A DNA stretch of 55,740 bases, counting the filler, from Sphacelaria rigidula (lineage: Eukaryota), in assembly GCA_964200075.2 (NCBI GenBank). It is 5 parts of 5 records of this genome, joined end to end, with 100 filler letters (N's around TTAATTAATTAA, not from the genome) between each part and the next. Parts side by side here need not be neighbours in the genome. Positions count along the whole stretch, not along the records: positions 1 to 11,069 come from CAXNAA020005440.1; positions 11,170 to 22,237 come from CAXNAA020005441.1; 3 more parts are not named here. One strand, 5' to 3'. Within the stretch, counting starts at the first letter, position 1. Each line of letters opens with the position of its first letter. Of this stretch, positions 1 through 12,200 are shown one piece after another. The translations under genes were made by a program, and so were the position numbers. A model generated the notes under the pieces. It made no database searches and was not told where the DNA came from. It saw only the letters and a program-made list of their open reading frames with translations.

Positions 1-230
1 AAAAAAAAAATCCACGATTTTTTCGGCCTGATTGCCCAGCATTGAGAAAATAGCTGATCGCTGGTCCAAGGAGTATCCACGCAACTTTTGCACCATTCCA
101 CGTGTCTGGGCTGCGTGTACCTTCGTTACAACGCTGAGAACAAAGCATAGGGATCGATTCGTACAAGTCGAATCACTTATATTATAACCAAGTAATTTCC
201 AGACGAATCATTATTTGTCCGACCCTTGGT
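1..230. repeat. Dispersed repeat at contig start, second copy at ~25615-25846
   Basis: Colinear similarity by eye: 'cacgtgtctgggctgcgtgtacc...caacgctgagaacaaagc...agacgaatcattatttgtccgacccttg' vs 'cacgtgcctgggctgcgcgtacc...caacgctggtaacaaagc...agacgaatcatcaataattcgtccgacgcttg'. Confidence 0.75.
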
Positions 231-309
231 AGATTGTCGGTTCACAGCGTATTACATATTGCACCGAAGTTGATGAGGTGCTTTGTTTAAGGGCTGAGAT
301 CTTTTACCA

Positions 310-1030
310 ACAGAGAATCCTGAAGAATGAGGTTGGACACTACAACGGGGTTCAGGTGACCTTCCCAAACGTCACATGTTACGTGAAACAGTTTTGCAAA
401 AAACAAACCACTGAGTGTTTTGTTTGTCGGTTAAAGCTGGCCCCAGCTTGATTTGCCGCGCATGGTTGCTCCGGTGCCTATAACTCCTGTAGTACATTCG
501 AAACGACTCCCGCCAGGTGAGGGAAGGTGCTGTTCATTGGATTCCCTCATCTTAGAAGAATGATGGCGCCGGGGTTTTTTTCGAATCCTGAGAGAAGTCG
601 CAAGGGGCAGGGAGTTTCCCACCTATGAAACTTTCGATTTTTACATCTGTAGAACGTTTCCGGCAAGGGCAGTTCTTTCTCGAAACACCCGCGGCGGCAC
701 TCCACTTCTCATGAAAGTATTATCTCTTTTATCATTTCGAGAGAGTTCGAAATAACTCCGGCAAAAAAATGATGAAACCCGGAGGAAGCCGATCAAAGCG
801 TCTTCCTCTCACCTGGCGAGAGCCGTTTCGAATATACGAAGGAGATACATATGACTCCAGACACTGGGGCAACAGTGCGCAACAAGGCAAGCTAGGGAAA
901 GGTTCAACAGGCGAATAAATCCTCAGTTGGTTGCTTTTGCAAAACCGTCTCACGTAGTATGTGACCTTTTGGAAGGTCACTTGAACCCCATTTTAGTGTT
1001 CGACCTCATTTTTCAGGATCCCCTGTTTAA
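310..1030. mobile_element. MITE-like element with ~110-bp imperfect terminal inverted repeats
   Basis: The 315-416 stretch 'atcctgaagaatgaggttggacactacaacggggttcaggtgaccttccc...gttttgcaaaaaacaaaccactgag' is the near reverse complement of 922-1021 'ctcagttggttgcttttgcaaaac...ggaaggtcacttgaaccccattttagtgttcgacctcatttttcaggat'. No coding content inside. Confidence 0.7.
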
Positions 1031-2249
1031 CCTTACCGGCCCACATGTGCCATACAAGGCGCATTTTCTCTTGACCTTACAAAAAGCTCGCTGCCCCCTT
1101 TCGGGATTTCATCCCCGCCCCGCTTCACTCCCCACAAAGCCCTGAATCCAAATAGTCACGCCCTTAAGCCTGGAGCGGCTTTCGGTTCCAACATGTTGCT
1201 GAACCACAGCCTACACGAGCCGCCGCATTTTTCACACCTGCTCAGCTTGTCGAGGATAACCCCTCTCTTCTATCGATTCCTTTCTAATAACCGCAGGGGC
1301 CCAGTACAACTTCCGCTGTGCGCTGGAAAACCCAGACGGCATTATTGGCCCCTGGTCGGAAAGTCTGGTAATCGTTGCCCCGATGAAATTAGGGCGGAAC
1401 GGGGAGGCAGATGGAGACAACACTTGCGAGGTTGGCGCCAGCGATGATGGTCACCGTTCATGTTCGCGGCGTAGGTGTCGACGAAGGCCTTCGCACGGGG
1501 CATCAGAATGCGAAACTATTGATCGAGACATGCCAATCGCAGGGCCATCGCACACGTCGTCGACAGCACACTTCGATGTCGCTGTTCCTGCGTTGATCGA
1601 GGCCTTTGCGGCGGTTGCGGATGCGACGCGAGAGACTCGCGAGGTCGATGCCGCTGCGTACACATCACCACTACCACCGCCGCCACCACTATCCGCAGTC
1701 CGATGCTGACCCTTTCATTCGCACGAGCTGGGGGAATTTGCCGTAGGATTCCTTTGTGCGTGAAAACCAACGTACAAAACATTCACATAGGCAGAACATT
1801 GGCGAAATATATACTGCTTGGGAGCGGCGTCGACGCGCGGTCGTGGAAATGCCCTCTGGCACCCCTCAGAGCCTGCTTGCAAAGTTGACCACCACGCTCG
1901 AGCATCATCAGGCATCGACGTTAGTGCATCATACCATCCCTATTGCCACCACCGCCACCGCCACCATGATGATCATGATGGTCATCGTCATCGCCAGTGC
2001 ATCGACATGTCGTTTCCTTGCTCTGGGCGCAGTGCAATGTAGCTTTTGAGGTGAAAAAAGGACGTTTCATGCTGTTGTGGACTGTTCTTTGCTCGAACGC
2101 ACGTGCGCCCGGTGTACTTAGGGGCGTGTGGGAGTCACCGGCGGCTGGAGTTCAACAAACGCTGCCCCTGTAGAACCTACGAAGGTACAACATAGTATAT
2201 GTTCATCGTACACTACTAGCGGTATATTTCATCGATACTAGACAGAGCG

Positions 2250-3050
2250 TTACATTCAGTGTACACCAAGAGTCGTGTGTTTGATCCATGGACGTACGGG
2301 AGACTGGACACCCCAGTTTTTCTCATTCCATTCGCGCCCATTCAACAGCGGGATCTGATTCCTCCATTCTTCGTCGGATCGGAGCAAGTCGGGATTTGAA
2401 GCGTGGTTTGAAGGATTGTTTTGGTCTTCAACTGCGCAAGATCTATGTATACATAAATAGACGTACAACACCGGTTGGCGTGGTTCGAAAACGTCGGATG
2501 TGTCCGTACCAGCTCTGTTGGTATTTACTGATCAGGAACATTTCCTCGTTGTTGCGTGCAACAGTTGAGAGTACCATTAGCGACTTCGTCAAACAGAAAG
2601 AAGCGGGGCACATTATTTCGTGAGATTGCCATGGGGACACCGGACGTATCGTCGAAGTGATAACATTTTGCCAGTAGAGATGGGGGGACGACGGGGAGCA
2701 GGAGGGAGGGCCATTGCCTACAGGTACAGGGCAGCTCTCCTGCGAATGGCCTCGCTCTTCTCGATGAACGTTACACTGGGGCACTTGAGCAAATCAATAT
2801 TTAGGGGAATAAAGCAAAGTGACACAATTCAGTCAAAGTCTGATGAGAACCAGTGTCATAAAATGGACACATCAGTAGCAAACACGATTTGGAAATCAAG
2901 TCGTACATCCCATTGAGCCGGAAGAACTCATGTAAGATGTCCCGGCGAGGCGTTGACAAACCGGACGTGACGCTGGTCAGAATCTTGTCGGTCTGCGCGA
3001 CCGCCGACCGGAAGGACAAGTGATCAGCCTCGCTCAGATGTGGGGTTTCG
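2250..3050 (-). mobile_element. Possible highly decayed Ty3/gypsy pol (RNase H end / integrase zinc-binding) remnant
   Basis: The minus frame, interrupted by stops, reads LHEFFRLNGMYDLI ... LLLPVVPPSLLAKCYHFDDTSGVP ... RFFLFDEVANGTLNCCTQQRG. This loosely resembles the 'LVVP..L...HD...GH' and 'C..CQ' integrase N-terminus. Pattern recognition only. Confidence 0.25.
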
Positions 3051-3577
3051 AAAACTGCGGCCGGTGTTGGAGAGTAGCAGCCACAAATATCGGCTGTTTC
3101 ATGTGATTCTTGTCGAGCACAGAGTCAAGACCGCAGAGTAGTATGTAGATTGATTGCCCCGTGGTAACAATTACATACGGAGACGGTAACCTTCATGTAC
3201 GAGTGATGACACGGTAGGGGTGCACGTTTCAGTGCAAAAGGTTTCTCAGACTGCACACAAAGGTCCATATATTTCGTCACCGAAAGGCTCCTAACTCCGA
3301 AGAGCTCAAGAAAAAAAGTGAACCCCTACCGTGGCATTGCTCGTCCAGAGATCGAAGAGACCGGTGCTTACAGCGACGCTCTACCGCGATGTGAGTGTGG
3401 CCCGCAGCTCACTCGTGCGTCGAACCCTTCGAACGCAACCGAATCTAGCCCGTATGCTGCTGACGGTGTTTATCGCACCAAGAGTTCAGAATCATGCCGA
3501 CTCCACGGATCAAATTCCCTCACGTCAAAAGATCCGGGACGTGCCAAACCCAACTTTCCCTCCCTACATACGAGCTG

Positions 3578-6500
3578 TCATGCAAGGCTACAGCCGCAGC
3601 TGGGTGGCTCTGGTTCTTGGAAGTGCGGTACTGCCCGCTTCACGGCGTTCCAGCGGTAGAAGTTCCAGCATTTGTCGGCGTCTCGGCTGACGGAGGAAAA
3701 TCCGAGAAGTTGCACCTGGTTTTTACCAAGGCAGCAGTGTTCGGTGGAGCAAGTTTGATCATCATTCATGTATTCTACGCAAGGCCTCCGAGAAGTAGAT
3801 TCGGACTGCAAACACAGCATATTTTACTGGTAAAGTAGGTAAAGAAGGAGTGCTCTACCGCGCACAAGCCGGTCCTTCGGGAAGGCGTGCGGTTACGGCA
3901 CCACGATGGCGTGATGTAGTCGAAAATATCGGTCCGCGTGCTTCTTTCCCACCTCCTCACCTCAGACATGGCAAGCTGAAAGAGGAAGCCTTCGTTGGGC
4001 ATCGCCACCATCCTGTGAGCCCTCACGTGAGAAAATGCAACCTTGAGCCTTATCCGGTGCGTCTCCATGAGATGCAGCAAAACCATGGAAACTGAGCGAG
4101 AACACCTTTGGGATCACAAAAAAAACACACACACAAAGATCAACGACTTCAAAACAAGTCGACAGATCCTTTAATTGTTGACCCAGTGGCGGCGATCGTT
4201 AGGGGTTATGTTGCGAGAGGGATATACATCATGTACTATCCTCATGTTTTGCCAAGTACCACTACCCTTCTCATCTCCGTCGTCAGGGCGTTGGGCCTAG
4301 TAACGCCTATTATTATGCGTAGGAATGCACGCAGCAGAGACCGTTCCGCGGAAAAAACAGAGCATTTCATCATTTTATGACGACCCAGTATTCTACGGTG
4401 AGATGGCGTCTCCACCGCCCCCGTAAGGATTTCTCAGCTCTCTCTTCAGATAACTGAACACCTGGATCACTAGTGAGAGTCGCTTTCAAACCCCAACAGA
4501 CCCACGGTGCCCGTTCCCGGCTCCACATGCTGCCACTGCTCCTTCAGCATAAGATCTCCATTTAAGGAAGCGTCCTGGGTTACGTGGGGTACTGGATATA
4601 CTCTACAATTGGTTGCGTGTCTAGTCCCAAGAATCCAAGCTACCGCTAGGCTGGAAACACCTCGTGCAAACAACTAGTGGTACAGGCGGGGTGGCAGTGG
4701 TGCGTAGCTTACCCTGCGACGCAGTGCACGAGGGCGCGTCCCCCGCACTTCTCGACATGCGTCAGGAATCTCAATGCAGGTTTGCGAAACGGTTCCAAGT
4801 CTTGCTCTAGTGTATCTGACATCCATCGTTGCGCCGTGTGTAGGCGGGGAGAGAGGGGTGGGGAGAGGGAAAATATGTATTGCTTCAACGCGTTCAAAAC
4901 CACCGCCGCCTTTCAAGAGGATATCGGATCATTATCATTTAGGTTCGACAAAATCGATTCCTTCGCGTTCGGCGGGGGGTCACGGTCAGGGTTAATGTGT
5001 CATGATGTCGAAATGCCACCGTTTGTGTACATGCGGCGAGGGCACAAAGTGAAATTGGCACACTGAAAAAACATCGTCGTTTCCTGTAACAGCCCTCAAG
5101 ACAACTTCAGCTATGTCTCTTCTGCTGAAGTTGGGCTACCGGGTCTCCTTTTCACAATACTGATCTCCTACCCTAATTATTGTCGTTGTAGCTTCAGCTT
5201 GTGTGTCCAGTTGTCCCAGCCTCTTATGAACCGTACGTCTCTCAAACGTCTCTTCACAGTCTACACAGGGAGAAATGACGGGTTGAAAAAACAATACATA
5301 TGGTAGTTCTAATACACATACCAAAAAGGACTGCATATGGACCCGCTCTCCAACAAATCGAATCTTTCCTGTGAAGCCTTGCAACACCCGTGTATCTGAC
5401 CTCAACAGGCAGGCCCGCATAAGAATATGGCGCATGCTCGCATGTAAGCTCACCCATAATATCTAGCTTCTCGTGGACAAAATCTTTCCGATGGGCGCTG
5501 TGCAACTGCGTGGCGCAATTCAGTACGTGTGTCACTCCCAGATCCTTCAGTCTGGCAGCGTCTCTGGAGTCTTCTCTTCCACCGATGCAGATATGCGGGC
5601 TCACGAGGTTCGGTCCACGCCTTTCCCCCAATACAGCGTAGACAAACGGCAAGGAGAGAGAGAGTTGAAGAAAGAATGGATGAGAGGAATTTCGAAACCA
5701 GTATGATCTCCCTGTCTTCAGCGCGCACATAAATCCTGAAAAAGCGTCACGACAAAAGCACATGCAGTCGAATTAATCAGGGAGCTGCTCCACCGCAATC
5801 ACGTCTCCATGCATTGGCAGTGTTCGGTTGTGTCAGTCGTTCGCAAACCAAATTTCATACAATTACAAGAATATAGCTCATTACAAAGTCCTTCGGTAAG
5901 GCACCCTGTGAATATTCGAAACACTGCGTCTTACCTCTCCATCTTCAGCGCCCGCATGGTTTCTGACGCAGTCGCATTTGAGACATCCCTCAACGCTGGT
6001 CCCGGATGCTCGGTTCTCGCGTCCTGCTTCTTACCAAATATCCAACCACAGTCATGCCCAAGAGTACAACGAGCGCAGTCTGAGCATAATCGCTAATACG
6101 ACTGGAACACTATCACTGACTTTATTTGAGCTGCACATTTCCCTGGTAGAATCCTGAGGCGCTGTATACAAAGAATCAAGCATCGATGAAATGTGGAGCT
6201 GATTGGTCCACTATGGGCTAGTTGCTATGGTAGCAAGACAGACATCCACAGGTGTAATGATTCCCGTGCCGTGTTCACAGCGTATCGCATGCAGCTATCG
6301 TGTTTCACGGCTACTGTCACGCGCGGCCCTGCCGGTCATGACATGCCATGGGCTCAAGCCCTGACCCTTCTCACATGCGCCCCGGGGCGTTCTGGGGAGG
6401 TGTCCGTGACAAACAAGACCAAACACCACCTGGACAAAAGCCGCAAAAACAGTGTTACCTTAAAGTATTTGGGGAAATATAGTCTTTGTGTTTTTCTATA

Positions 6501-6872
6501 TACCTTTGGTAACTCTTTGGATTTTTTTTTTCTAGAGGGTCAGGAATAAAACGATTAGCAATATTGAAACTGTCTTCAAACTGTGCTGTGAAGGTGCGAA
6601 CGATACGATATCTCGGTCGAAAGTGTAGAATACCTTGTGGTTCCCTTACAAACATTAATATCCAACAGTGCGTGCAAAATCCGCTGAATAGTTACGTGTG
6701 CATCACTCTTCTCTACCTGTCGCTTCGAAATCAAAGCGGCTTCTTCCGTGGAGCCCACCGTGGGCCCTTCTCCCAAACCGCGATCGGCACTGGCGCCAGC
6801 AGGTAGGACTGAAATCCTCTCCAACAGCGATACATCTCGCTGGCTGTGCTCGCTTCCCATGCCGGAAAGCGT
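3578..6872 (-). CDS. Dual-specificity protein phosphatase (DUSP/MKP-like catalytic domain), spliced; 5' exon(s) uncertain, possibly up to ~8100
   Basis: Phase-compatible AG/GT exons: 6872-6717, 6023-5935, 5620-5454 (RGPNLVSPHICIGGREDSRDAARLKDLGVTHVLNCA...KLDIM), 4815-4713 (DTLEQDL...GGRALVHCVAG), 4105-3961 (CSRSVSMVLLHLM...MPNEGFLFQLAMSE), 3715-3578 (...EPPSCGCSLA*). Splicing reconstitutes the CX5R loop HCVAGCSRS. The GVTHVLN and PNxGF motifs of DUSPs are also present. Confidence 0.9.
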
Positions 6873-7311
6873 CTGAAACGAGATAGTTCAAAGGTACGGT
6901 ACTTGTCTTTGTCGTTGTTCTTGGTGGTGTTGCTGCTGCTGTTGTTGTCGGGTGCGGTTCTAGACGAAGGGGAGCCAACCGTGCTGGATACTACTTCTAG
7001 GGGAGTTCGGTGCCTGCATGTTACAGATGGAGAAGAGAGATGCGATGTACGTAGCGCACAGTGGATTGGCAGATACTCCGATACTTGCTATGTCATCGGT
7101 ATCCGAAAACGGCGCCCGTTTAAATTTTCGAGGAGACGCAACCCTCGTTCCGAGGCAGAACCATCCTGCCATAGTCTTCCTATAGTCTAGGACCAACTTG
7201 CTTTGCTGGTTCCCCGCCTTGGTCCCTACGCAGTGTAGATGGTATGTGCTTACATTGACTGCGTAGGTGCGTGCGCCTTATACTCACCTGCTGCAAAAGC
7301 AAACAACAAAC

Positions 7312-7569
7312 GACACTTCCTACGATAGCCGCCCCAAAACATGTGCCTGGTTTCGGGAGGCAACGTCTTGACGTAAATCGAAATGGAAAAAGCCGAGCAC
7401 AGCGAGCAGCTGGAAATTCCCACGCTTGAGTTTGTTCTCGCCAATGTCGGCCATATGAGGCGCTTCATGTAGCCTGAACCCAAACACCAGGCGCTGTAGC
7501 TCTATGGTCATTTTTTTCGTGATACTTTTGGGCTGTTTTTTTTGGGGGGGGGCTATCGTAGAAAGTGTC
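7312..7569. mobile_element. Short element bounded by ~28-bp inverted repeats with a CTACGATAG core
   Basis: 'gacacttcctacgatagccgccccaaaa' (7312) vs 'tttgggggggggctatcgtagaaagtgtc' (ends 7569). A solo similar end lies at ~48060-48087. Confidence 0.55.
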
Positions 7570-8149
7570 AAACGCCTTCTCCACCCCCACCCCGAAACAT
7601 ATCTCCCCCTAAAGCACCACACCTGGCCCACTCACCACCCCTCCAAACACATGAAAATATCAACCTTTACACCGGAGGATCTTGCCGCTTGAGATCTCGC
7701 CGATGGCGGCCGCGTAACCGTAGACCTCCCGCGAGACGGGACTTTGGCCAGAGGCGATAGAGACCGCTGTGTGCGACGGTGGGTGCAAACACCGGGGAGC
7801 ACGGTTAGGTTCTTTTCTTCTGCCCTCTGTCGGCGCCGAGATGCGCCCCCGCCTCCCCTTCCTCCTTGTCCTCCTCCTCCGCCACCGCCACTGCCGCTGT
7901 TGCTGTGGTTGTTTCTGCTTATTATGTCGGTGGTGTTGCCGCCAGGGCAAGGTGAGGAGGGTGCAGATGGGATGGGAGTGGTCGAGGTGCTTTCCCCGCG
8001 CTGGGTATTTACAGATGAGTGACCACCAGAGTGGCATGTGGCAGGACGTTCGGACATTGAGAGGAAACATAGGTAAAGGGTGGAAGGACGTTTGGAGTTG
8101 AACATGAATAATCAACAGTGAAATAGCTGACTACTGCATAAAAAATCGT

Positions 8150-8900
8150 ACTACTGCAGTTTGCATGCCTCTGTCTACGGGCGCAGATGCTGCTTTTCAT
8201 TATGAGCTGGGGCAGCCTAAAAAGGGAGCAGTTTTGCAGCTCAAATTTGAGAGTTGTGCTTCGAGATCTGGCTTTGAGAATGGCCGGGGCATAATAAAAC
8301 GTAAAGGCGAACATCGAATTTTTTTCACGAGTGAAGGACAAGCACAAGATCCACTTTCCCAAAAAATGTCATTAGCTCATGGTCAAGACAATCTCAATGC
8401 CCCGCAAATATTCTTCTATCGTGCCCTTGCGATCATACGTGCCAAGTTTCAAAGCACAACTCTCAAAACTGGGCTGCCGAATCCAGGCTTACTGTATTCA
8501 GTGCAATACCTTGAAACTAGTATAGAAAAACAAAAAACACAATTACCTCCCGATATATATTCATATATATATATATATGTGTGTGTGTAACGAACCAGGT
8601 GAAGGCGGTGAGGGTGTTGATCGTTTCCCCATGCCCAAAGGAATGTTCACGCCAAAAATCAGCACCTTCCGCCGACTACGTTGTGACAGGGTTTCGTCTA
8701 GACTTTCGGATCGAGATATTTCCGGACATCACGGGATCCACTCGACGTGGTGTTTAACCAATGGGAAAGCATTCGACCGGGCTGTTGAGCAGGTGTGCAT
8801 CTGCCCCTCGATGAAACAGTTAACACGACGAGCGGATCACGGCCCGAATCATCTGCGCCGATCAGATATAGCGAGGGATCCTGAAAAATGGGAAGGACAT
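8150..8900. repeat. Dispersed repeat modules shared with 23780-24400
   Basis: 8325-8490 matches 24226-24395 in the same orientation (caaaa(aa)tgtcatta.ctcat ... ttcaaagcacaact..caaaactg). 8590-8860 matches 23780-24045 as reverse complement (gaccgggctgttgag vs ctcaacagcccggtc; gtgagggtgttgatcg vs cgatcgataccctcac). Confidence 0.65.
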
Positions 8901-9039
8901 TCGTCGATGGGAAGGAACTGAGGTCGAATAATTTGTATGTGGAATCGCATCTAGCACTAGGTAACATGCGCCTTTGAACGGTTCAAAAAAACGTTTGACC
9001 CCCTACCAGTTGCAATATTATATACATGTATATATATAT

Positions 9040-9210
9040 ATTGACCTCGGTTCGTTCCCACAGGAAAACCTCGTCCCCGTTCTGTAGGGTCGCGTCTTTC
9101 ATGACTGACAGCTTAACCCTTGGACCGCGGTGCGGGTAGTCCATCTGGATCACGCATACTTTTTTCAAGTCGATATCGATGGCGATTCAGCAGGTGACCT
9201 ACCCTCGCAC
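9040..9210. repeat. Dispersed repeat, inverted copy at ~34550-34650
   Basis: 'cccttggaccgcgg...tctggatcacgcatacttttttcaagt...gattcagcaggtgacctaccctcgc' vs 'gcgagagtaggccatctgttgaatc...acttgaaaaaagtatgcatgatccaga...cgcggtccaggggc'. Confidence 0.65.
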
Positions 9211-11069
9211 TACCTCACACTGTGTCGCCGATCACTGTAACACGCCGGAGCCTTGATGGAACCATGACCCCACACCGAGCACTTGCCACATATTCTGTAC
9301 GTCCCTCTACTTGTGTACTATACTCTGAAAAACGACTGCTCACCCGCTCCATCCCAGAGCGCTCGCTGGAACGGTGTCGGCGCTCTCGCGTGGCGCTGTC
9401 CAGCCCGCTTCTCGAAGTGGTGAAAATAGCGAAAGATACGTGCGGAGATAACACTTATGAGGCACGGAGAGGCGCAATTCGAAGGTAATGAAAATCACGC
9501 TTTTGAACGGAAGTATGATATTAATGTACTCCGTCGTATGCGTCGGAGCACGGTAGCAGCCGTTGCATGTCAGTACAATTGCGCCGTCTCACCCGTGTCA
9601 TCTGACCGCTTATTGTGCTGTTCTTTGACAGGATCGGTGCTCATATGGAGACGCAGCTTCTTTCTGTAAACTACAAGGCAATCGCAGTACTGCATCAGCG
9701 CTGAGCGAAATGGTCGGGGCGCTTCGCCACTACAGCCCTTTGCTCATTCGTTTGTGATGAAGGATGTAAGCACGCTGCGGTCAAATAATCAATTTCTCTC
9801 GCAGCACAACTGGAAGCTCTTCCTGTATGTACGCAGCCAGTGCAAGAGACAGGAACACTCCCCTATATAGTCCAACATCGTAAGCCCAAAAACGAACGGC
9901 TACGCTGTCTTGGGGACCGCATCGATACCTGTATTCCACGCCGATGAACACAATCACATACCTCTCGAGTGGGAGCACTGTGTTCCGGAACGGCAGCTGT
10001 GGCGAAGACTCGACCATGATCAAACCCTGTAGATTTTCCCGTAAATGTCCTCCGAGTTGGCTCCATCCACGATGGAGTATACCGCAGAAGGTTCTTCTTA
10101 ACGTCGACACCCGGCCTACGTACTCTACAAAGCGTAGCTACAGTCTTCAAGACCGTCAGGCTCGGTAGCTTCCATCCATATCCAATTTATCACGAGAGGG
10201 CATCAGGTCGGCTGTTGCGGTCTTGCAGTCCGCAGCATTTCGCGGTGTTGCATTTAGTATCGTTAGCTGGGAACAAAAGATATCGCGATAACCAGAAGTG
10301 TATGTACAATGTCTACCGTGGTAGAGTCCATCGATGTTAGAAAGTGATAACTCTTCCCCGGCGTTTGTGTAATCGGCTGTCATGGACTGCTGACATCGCA
10401 GCAGGGTTGATGGGTACCATCTCCGTTTCGCCGCGTTCTCCGGAGATGTCCAGTTTCTTCTGCCTTCAGTTGATCTTGATCCCAAGAAGCGCAATATCCC
10501 TGAAGCATTGCGATACCTACTGAACCCTGTGGGCAAGGCGCAAAACAATGCCGTGAATCAAATCGCATAGGGATCTTCTCTCCCCTTTCTCAAAACTGAT
10601 TTAACGGTACCCACCATGACATGGAAACCGTCAACAAAGGGGACGGGCAATAGAGTGCTACACATACTACGGAGGGACGGAGTGCTACTCGTACAACATT
10701 TAATTAGTTTCTTCTCGTTCTTCGGAGGGTATGCCCTTGTACAATATATTGAATCGAAAGACATCTGTACGGAATATACGAGCTGGGCCAGCTGACAGTG
10801 ATTTTTTAATGTTTTCGGGCCCGGCTGCGGGTAATCCGAGGAGTTAGGCGCTGGAATTCTTACACATTTTTATAGGCTTTTGCTTTTGATGCGCGCATAT
10901 AACTCGCATGAATAATGGGTTCTTGTTTTTCGGTCTTCAAGACTAAAATCAAGTAATTGTGATGCCTCGGCGCGCGGGGTTTCCGCTTCAAAATAACCTT
11001 CTTTGAAAGAGACTGTAGCCAAAATACACCAAGGCGTAGTAAATGTAGCATGTAGGATCCTGGATGATG

Positions 11070-11169
11070 NNNNNNNNNNNNNNNNNNNNNNNNNNNNNNN
11101 NNNNNNNNNNNNNTTAATTAATTAANNNNNNNNNNNNNNNNNNNNNNNNNNNNNNNNNNNNNNNNNNNN
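11070..11169. other. Artificial contig linker N44-TTAATTAATTAA-N44
   Basis: 100-nt spacer with stops in all six frames, identical to the other three linkers. Confidence 0.98.
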
Positions 11170-11399
11170 TGGATCATGATCTGTCCGACGTGTGGGAAGT
11201 GTCATCGGATCAAGTGAGTGGTGTGATATCTTACACCATGAACAAATGCAGCAGAAAAAAGTGCACTCTGTAGAGTATTCAATTTACCGCCTATTGCGAA
11301 GTATCTACAAAATGTAGCTCCTGGATCTTATCGGGGGTTGTATACCCTGCATCCGTGCCGTTCAAAGCGAAGTGTAAATTATCCCGAGAACCCAAGCGC

Positions 11400-12200
11400 A
11401 CGATTTTGGTAACAGCACCGCCACCACGCTATTTCTGTCTGATATCTTGGTGAATATGCGCCCAAAGTCAAACCAAGACCAAAACGCGTGTGACAGCTTG
11501 TGAAACGTACACAAGTGAGGTATCGGAGTGTTGCAACTTGCTGAACAAACGTACGTGCTGTAGGCTCGGGAACGGTGCCGTAGAACGGGATGGGGGAGCC
11601 TCACAAACGACCTGAAGCGCGTCTTGCCGGCTGGTCGTGAGTGCAAAGAATGGCACACGTGATTAAAATCTTCCGCGCTGGTCCAGAATCTCAAGAGAGT
11701 GCATTCATTCAAGCATACGTCACCGGTCACGGTTAGTACTACACCAGTATCATACACAGTGTTGTTCCGTTATCATTAGTGTATTCCGGAAGGTTGGGCG
11801 TTCAAACACAGCGCACGTGGCGTCTGATGACACTGAAACTTCAAGTATGTGTAGATTGAGGCCGCCGGTAGCTTTTTCTCAACAGTATCGGCTGCCCGAG
11901 GCGGTTTGTACGCTGCATGCGTGGGTTGGAAGGATGATTATGCACCATGCTGCCCCTTCGCTCGGAAATATTTTCACCTTCGAACGACGGTTATTAAGGG
12001 CACCACATCGACGCGGAGGCAGCGACCAGCCTGGTTGTTCAGGTTGCACCACATGTCGGTTGACGCTATGCTCGTAGAAACACAGATGACGATCACTCGT
12101 CAGGCTTCGTCGCACCGTTGAGGCTGCCACGTATGTCTCGCGCAAGATGTGACCACACAGCCGAGTGGAACAAACAATGTGCTACAATATGCCAAGGACT
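11400..12200 (-). mobile_element. Degenerate hAT-like transposase relic
   Basis: Fragmented minus-strand peptides in the expected order: SAVWSHL (BED-finger start), AGRCLRVDVVPLITVVRR*KYFRA ('D.RPF..V....FR'), YKPPRAADTVEKKL ('Y.PPSR.TV'), VVLTVTGD, HVCHSLH (CxxH-like). Many stops and frameshifts. Confidence 0.4.

Noticed and set aside
9700-10800. Coding-like block near the end of contig 1
   Set aside because: No consistent frame, splice pattern or recognisable motif on either strand.
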